Part shown: positions 60,994 to 64,000 of the stretch, piece after piece
How the letters are laid out: each line of letters opens with the position of its first letter
Numbering within the stretch: position 1 is the stretch's first letter
IMG/VR virus record: IMGVR_UViG_3300045988_011398
Direction: 5' to 3' (one strand)
Source of the DNA: a virus
Length of the DNA stretch: 64,000 nucleotides
Translations under genes and position numbers: made by a program
The notes under the pieces: generated by a model
Database searches by the model: none
What the model saw: only the letters and a program-made list of their open reading frames with translations
What the model was told of the DNA's origin: nothing

Positions 60994-61125
60994 GGAGGAG
61001 TTAGCTCAGTTGGTAGAGCACTTAAATGTTACTCTGTCAAATGTTCCATAGTAATATTGGTGGCAGATAGAGTTACTTCGGTATGTGGAACCAGTGGTCA
61101 TAGGTTCGAGTCCTATACTCCTCCC
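60994..61125 (+). ncRNA. tRNA-like RNA 1: canonical acceptor, D and T arms, with ~74 nt in place of the anticodon arm
   Basis: GGAGGAGT...ACTCCTCC (8 bp possible), D arm GCTC AGTTGGTA GAGC, T arm ATAGG TTCGAGT CCTAT. The insert contains stem ACTCTGTC/GATAGAGT, a GTAA-capped hairpin and the motif AGAGTTACTTCGGT. Confidence 0.55.
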
Positions 61126-61126
61126 T

Positions 61127-61235
61127 AAATGCAGTATAGTGTACATTAGACTTTCATCAATTTGAATTTGATAATAGTTGCGGATATGCTTTTGCAAAGT
61201 GTATATATTGTCTGATGGCTTTTCTTACTGCATTT
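61127..61235 (+). ncRNA. Stem-closed structured RNA (unassigned)
   Basis: 10-bp terminal helix AAATGCAGTA/TACTGCATTT enclosing ~90 nt with internal hairpins (ATCAA...TTGAT; TTGC...GCAA). No ORF. Confidence 0.4.
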
Positions 61236-61243
61236 CACAATAT

Positions 61244-61375
61244 GGGGATGTAGCTAAATAAATTCATACTCTTATGCCTTTTCTCTGGTAAAGCAGTAGT
61301 GTTTGTAAGAGTTACTTCGGTTATAGCATTTGTCTTGTAAACAAAAGTATATTGGTTCGAGTCCAATCATCCCCG
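61244..61375 (+). ncRNA. tRNA-like RNA 2, paralog of tRNA-like RNA 1
   Basis: Acceptor GGGGATG/CATCCCC, T arm ATTGG TTCGAGT CCAAT, degenerate D region. The insert has a covarying stem ACTCTTA/TAAGAGT followed by the same AGAGTTACTTCGGT motif. Same 5' flank CAATATGG as RNA 1. Confidence 0.55.
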
Positions 61376-61381
61376 CAAAAT

Positions 61382-61518
61382 AGAGGTTGGTGTATGTAGT
61401 GGTTACTTCATATTATACATGACTATATTTGAATTTAACCCCCACAGATGTAAACAGACTGATTCTGTGGTTTCAATACATACAAAAACAACATGCCATT
61501 ACAGGATGTTCCACCTCT
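61382..61518 (+). ncRNA. Stem-closed structured RNA (unassigned)
   Basis: Terminal helix AGAGGT(T)GG/CCACCTCT. Inner pairings GTATGTA/TACATAC and hairpin CCACAGA...TCTGTGG. Contains GGTTACTTC, related to the motif in the tRNA-like RNAs. Confidence 0.4.
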
Positions 61519-61521
61519 TTA

Positions 61522-61553
61522 GGGCTACAGTAGAAATATTGTAGCCCTTTTTT
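61522..61553 (+). terminator. Intrinsic terminator closing the Ro60/ncRNA transcription unit
   Basis: GGGCTACA ...10-nt loop... TGTAGCCC followed by TTTTTT. Confidence 0.8.
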
Positions 61554-61554
61554 A

Positions 61555-61582
61555 TTTGAGTATGTTACCAAACATATATTTG
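61555..61582 (+). promoter_or_regulatory. Bacteroidetes-type promoter (-33 TTTG, -7 TATATTTG)
   Basis: TTTG at 61555-61558 and TATATTTG at 61575-61582, 27 nt upstream of the ATG at 61609. Confidence 0.55.
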
Positions 61583-61608
61583 ATTTATTAACTTTCTAAA
61601 AAAAAAAG

Positions 61609-61971
61609 ATGGAGAATCAAGAAAAGACTACTCTTGACAGAGTATTGAAAGAACAGCACTTTAAGAATGCTGAGGAAGCCATTAAAGGTGGTGAGAAAAC
61701 TGGAAGCCTGAAGAATCCTGAATTAGTCAAAGAGCTTATTGAAGGATACAAAGGCAAGACTGTTCAAGCACCTATTGAGGTGATTATAACAAGTGCCATC
61801 TTCCTTGATGCAAAGGAGCTGATTGGCACTATTGAAGCCTTGAAGCACACTGTACAGATGAAGATAGTAGAGGAGCTGAAGGCTAAGGCAGACAAAGGTG
61901 AAGCAACAGCAGAAGATGCAATGCTTGCACTTATGATTGCCATGAGCAACAAAATGGGTAAGAAGGAATAA
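61609..61971 (+). CDS. Hypothetical protein (120 aa)
   Basis: ORF preceded by an A10 tract. Helical Lys/Glu/Ala-rich composition. Confidence 0.5.
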   Translation: MENQEKTTLDRVLKEQHFKNAEEAIKGGEKTGSLKNPELVKELIEGYKGKTVQAPIEVIITSAIFLDAKELIGTIEALKHTVQMKIVEELKAKADKGEATAEDAMLALMIAMSNKMGKKE

Positions 61972-61988
61972 ACCATCACAGACAAAGG

Positions 61989-62369
61989 ATGAATAATACA
62001 ACTAAAATCTCCCTGACCATTGAATTGGAGGGGAGTACTCTTGTACACAAGAGTGAGCCTGAGACTATTAAATACTCAGTAACCAAGAGAGACCTTGAGC
62101 CTAACAAGAAGTGGAGAGGCAAAGATGGTCTGGAAGTAGTGAGAAAGGGTACTTTCAAGCATTATCCTCTCATTGCAAAGCCAGCCAGTCAGCACATCAA
62201 CATGAGTGCAGAGGCATATGAATATATGACCTCAAATGAATGTCCCTTCTGGGCTAAGCCTAAGGTATGGGCAATCATGAGTGAAACTCAAAGGCTCGAA
62301 GCACATTTGCAGAGAACTTGTGAGCATGTAGGAGGTAAGTCTTTCACTTATGAAGTGTTAGGAGATTAA
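61989..62369 (+). CDS. Hypothetical protein (126 aa)
   Basis: ORF followed by a hairpin plus a T9 tract. Confidence 0.5.
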   Translation: MNNTTKISLTIELEGSTLVHKSEPETIKYSVTKRDLEPNKKWRGKDGLEVVRKGTFKHYPLIAKPASQHINMSAEAYEYMTSNECPFWAKPKVWAIMSETQRLEAHLQRTCEHVGGKSFTYEVLGD

Positions 62370-62385
62370 TTATCTCAGTGCAAAG

Positions 62386-62429
62386 AGAAAGGAGTATGCT
62401 GAATAAGCCTGCCCCTTTCTTTTTTTTTA
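62386..62429 (+). terminator. Probable terminator (weak stem, T9 tract)
   Basis: AGAAAGG ...21 nt... CCTTTCT followed by TTTTTTTT. Confidence 0.45.
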
Positions 62430-62513
62430 GTGTAAACTGATTAAATAATAAGGTTATTATGACTAAAAAAAAAAGTATAATATAGTCTTAATGCCAAGAT
62501 AAATGATGGAGAT

Positions 62514-63056
62514 ATGGCAGAATTTGTATATTTCAAGAATGCTTGTAGGATGTGGTATCCTGTAGGACAGTATTTCTCTTCAGATAACTTTGATTATATA
62601 AGAGAAGCTGCATCTTCCATTAATAAAGTATTCCCAACAGGTAAACTTATCTTGGTAGTAAGAGGACACTCAGGCTCCATACTTGCAGGTGGTATAGCAT
62701 ATATACTGAAAAGAAAAGACAGGGATGTATTAATATCTGTGTCAAGGAAAGCAGAATCTACTCATGGTGATAATCTTGAAGGTATATCATCATATACTGT
62801 ATCAGGTGACACACACATAATAGTTGTTGATGACTTTGTTCAAACAGGTGAAACTATTGAGGCTATACTCAAAGATTTGACTGAAAGAATAGAGGATATG
62901 AAAGTATTTGACATGTTATGTGTTGCTAATCACTGGGATGAGGATGATTTGACTGAGGAAGGAGGAAAGAGAGGAACTAACAGATATTGGGAGGCAAACA
63001 AAAGGATTGCTTCTCATTTTGAGTATATATTGTGTAACAGACCAGATGAGGAATGA
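62514..63056 (+). CDS. Type I phosphoribosyltransferase-fold protein (180 aa)
   Basis: PRPP-binding signature HIIVVDDFVQTGETI, upstream LILVVRGHSGSILAG loop. Confidence 0.55.
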   Translation: MAEFVYFKNACRMWYPVGQYFSSDNFDYIREAASSINKVFPTGKLILVVRGHSGSILAGGIAYILKRKDRDVLISVSRKAESTHGDNLEGISSYTVSGDTHIIVVDDFVQTGETIEAILKDLTERIEDMKVFDMLCVANHWDEDDLTEEGGKRGTNRYWEANKRIASHFEYILCNRPDEE

Positions 63057-63226
63057 AAGTATTGGTAGTATTACTGTTCCTATTCTACTTAGTGTGGGCA
63101 TACATCAGGTATGACCCTAAGTTGGATTGGATAGAGAAAGAAGGTGAGACCCTGCACATCATACTGTGGTATAACAAGTATTATTGGAGTGGGGAAGTAA
63201 AAAGAGTTTATGTAAAACTATTTTGA
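63053..63226 (+). CDS. Small membrane protein (57 aa), speculative
   Basis: The ATG overlaps the stop of the PRTase gene (ATGA). MKVLVVLLFLFYLVWAYIRY N-terminal helix. Below the ORF-track cutoff. Confidence 0.35.
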   Translation: MKVLVVLLFLFYLVWAYIRYDPKLDWIEKEGETLHIILWYNKYYWSGEVKRVYVKLF

Positions 63227-63229
63227 GAC

Positions 63230-63982
63230 ATGATAGAATTTGGAACTAAAAGGTCAGGTGGGGGTAAGAAATCAAGACTTCATAAGAAGTTTCCAAGAAA
63301 GAAGATAGACAAGGTAGGTGAGAAAGTTGCTGGATGGTTTAGAAGCAATTGGGATGATGATAGTTATCCTTATTTCAGTGGAAACCTTCGTAAATTTCTC
63401 TTATCTAATGTAGGCAGACCTGTTGATAAAGTATTCTCTGAGTTCTTGGGTAGATGTAGGACATCAGCGAAGAGGTACAATCTTAGGCATGAGTTCTATA
63501 GCATGTTTGAGGAAAAAGAGGATATTGGCTATTGGGGAGGATTCTATCTTACTAATGGTATTATCAACTATAAGAAGAAAAGAAAGTCTACTTGCAGAAA
63601 ATCTCCTGTGTCTATATCAGACCTCAATAGAAAGCTTATCCCTGAGAATCTCAATGAGATATGCAAAAGATGTGAGGAAACACACAAGAAGCAGTATTTA
63701 GGGAAGTTTTGGGTGGACTACAAAACTTTTCAAGAGATATATATCATAGAGAGAAAGGTATGGGATGATTGGATTTATAACTATAATACATCAAAACTCA
63801 TACAGAACTACAAGAGATGTTATCTTTATGGAGTAGGCTCAGGCATATATAAGCTGTCTTGGACTGTGCAAAATAAGTTATATCCAAGAGTTACTTATGG
63901 AATAACTGATTCCTTTGATATTATAAGAGATAAATCTGATATAATATTCATTACCAAAATAAATCCTGATAAGCAAATGTAA
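63230..63982 (+). CDS. Hypothetical protein (250 aa), basic N-terminus
   Basis: Long ORF. Lys/Arg-rich N-terminus, Trp/Tyr-rich body. No motif recognised. Confidence 0.5.
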   Translation: MIEFGTKRSGGGKKSRLHKKFPRKKIDKVGEKVAGWFRSNWDDDSYPYFSGNLRKFLLSNVGRPVDKVFSEFLGRCRTSAKRYNLRHEFYSMFEEKEDIGYWGGFYLTNGIINYKKKRKSTCRKSPVSISDLNRKLIPENLNEICKRCEETHKKQYLGKFWVDYKTFQEIYIIERKVWDDWIYNYNTSKLIQNYKRCYLYGVGSGIYKLSWTVQNKLYPRVTYGITDSFDIIRDKSDIIFITKINPDKQM

Positions 63983-64000
63983 GTTTAACAAAAAAAAAAG

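Noticed and set aside
60994-61375. The two expanded tRNA-like elements as ordinary tRNAs carrying anticodon-loop introns.
   Set aside because: The sequences flanking the inserts (e.g. CTTAA... and ...ACCAG) cannot pair into an anticodon stem. The inserts (75-90 nt) are far too short for group I introns, and no bulge-helix-bulge motif was evident.
61006-62158. Track ORFs 61006-61197 (-), 61723-62001 (-), 61764-62048 (-) and 61976-62158 (-).
   Set aside because: The first overlaps the tRNA-like and stem-closed RNAs. The others are antisense shadows of + strand ORFs 61609-61971 and 61989-62369.
1-64000. Prophage or temperate features (integrase, excisionase, att sites, repressor switch) and transposable elements.
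   Set aside because: No tyrosine/serine recombinase-like ORF, transposase or terminal inverted repeats were recognised. The single excisionase-type HTH protein (34210-34551) has no recombinase partner in the window.

Overview
By-eye reading, no searches run; RNA coordinates are +/- 2 nt. The window looks like a fragment of a crAss-like (Crassvirales-type) phage of a Bacteroidota host. Supporting this are AT-rich DNA, absent Shine-Dalgarno sites, and repeated Bacteroidetes-type -33 TTG / -7 TAnnTTTG promoters. Layout: (i) nt 2-5725 holds two large + strand ORFs, the first running off the left edge, converging on a bidirectional terminator at ~5741-5772. (ii) nt 5808-48785 is a ~43 kb minus-strand virion/assembly module. 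In transcription order it has small genes, a GroES-like protein, TerL, portal, a collagen-like fibre, an SGNH-esterase tail fibre and candidate lysis genes. These are followed by an acidic scaffold-like protein, MCP, connector/tail genes, a 1582-aa tail protein and three large probable ejected cargo proteins. The last cargo protein (2304 aa) carries RecB-type nuclease motifs and an HExxH motif. (iii) nt 48803-52150 is a minus-strand array of 29 tRNAs covering all 20 amino acids, with no suppressor anticodon. It is split by a Dps/ferritin-like ORF and driven by a promoter at ~52300. (iv) nt 52842-54700 is a mostly ORF-free divergent control region with a duplicated terminator + TGAGCATTAATAG unit. 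(v) nt 53395-63982 is a + strand accessory island containing a second tRNA-Arg(TCT), a 2H phosphoesterase, a small radical-SAM enzyme, a Myb-like protein and a tmRNA. It also contains a Ro60/TROVE-vWA protein, immediately followed by a YrlA-like Y RNA and four more stem-closed or tRNA-like RNAs, and a PRTase-fold protein. The most interesting signal is this phage-borne RNA-surveillance/translation cluster (tmRNA + Ro60 + Y-RNA train + unusual tRNA-like RNAs). No integrase, CRISPR array, rRNA or evidence of stop-codon recoding was seen.
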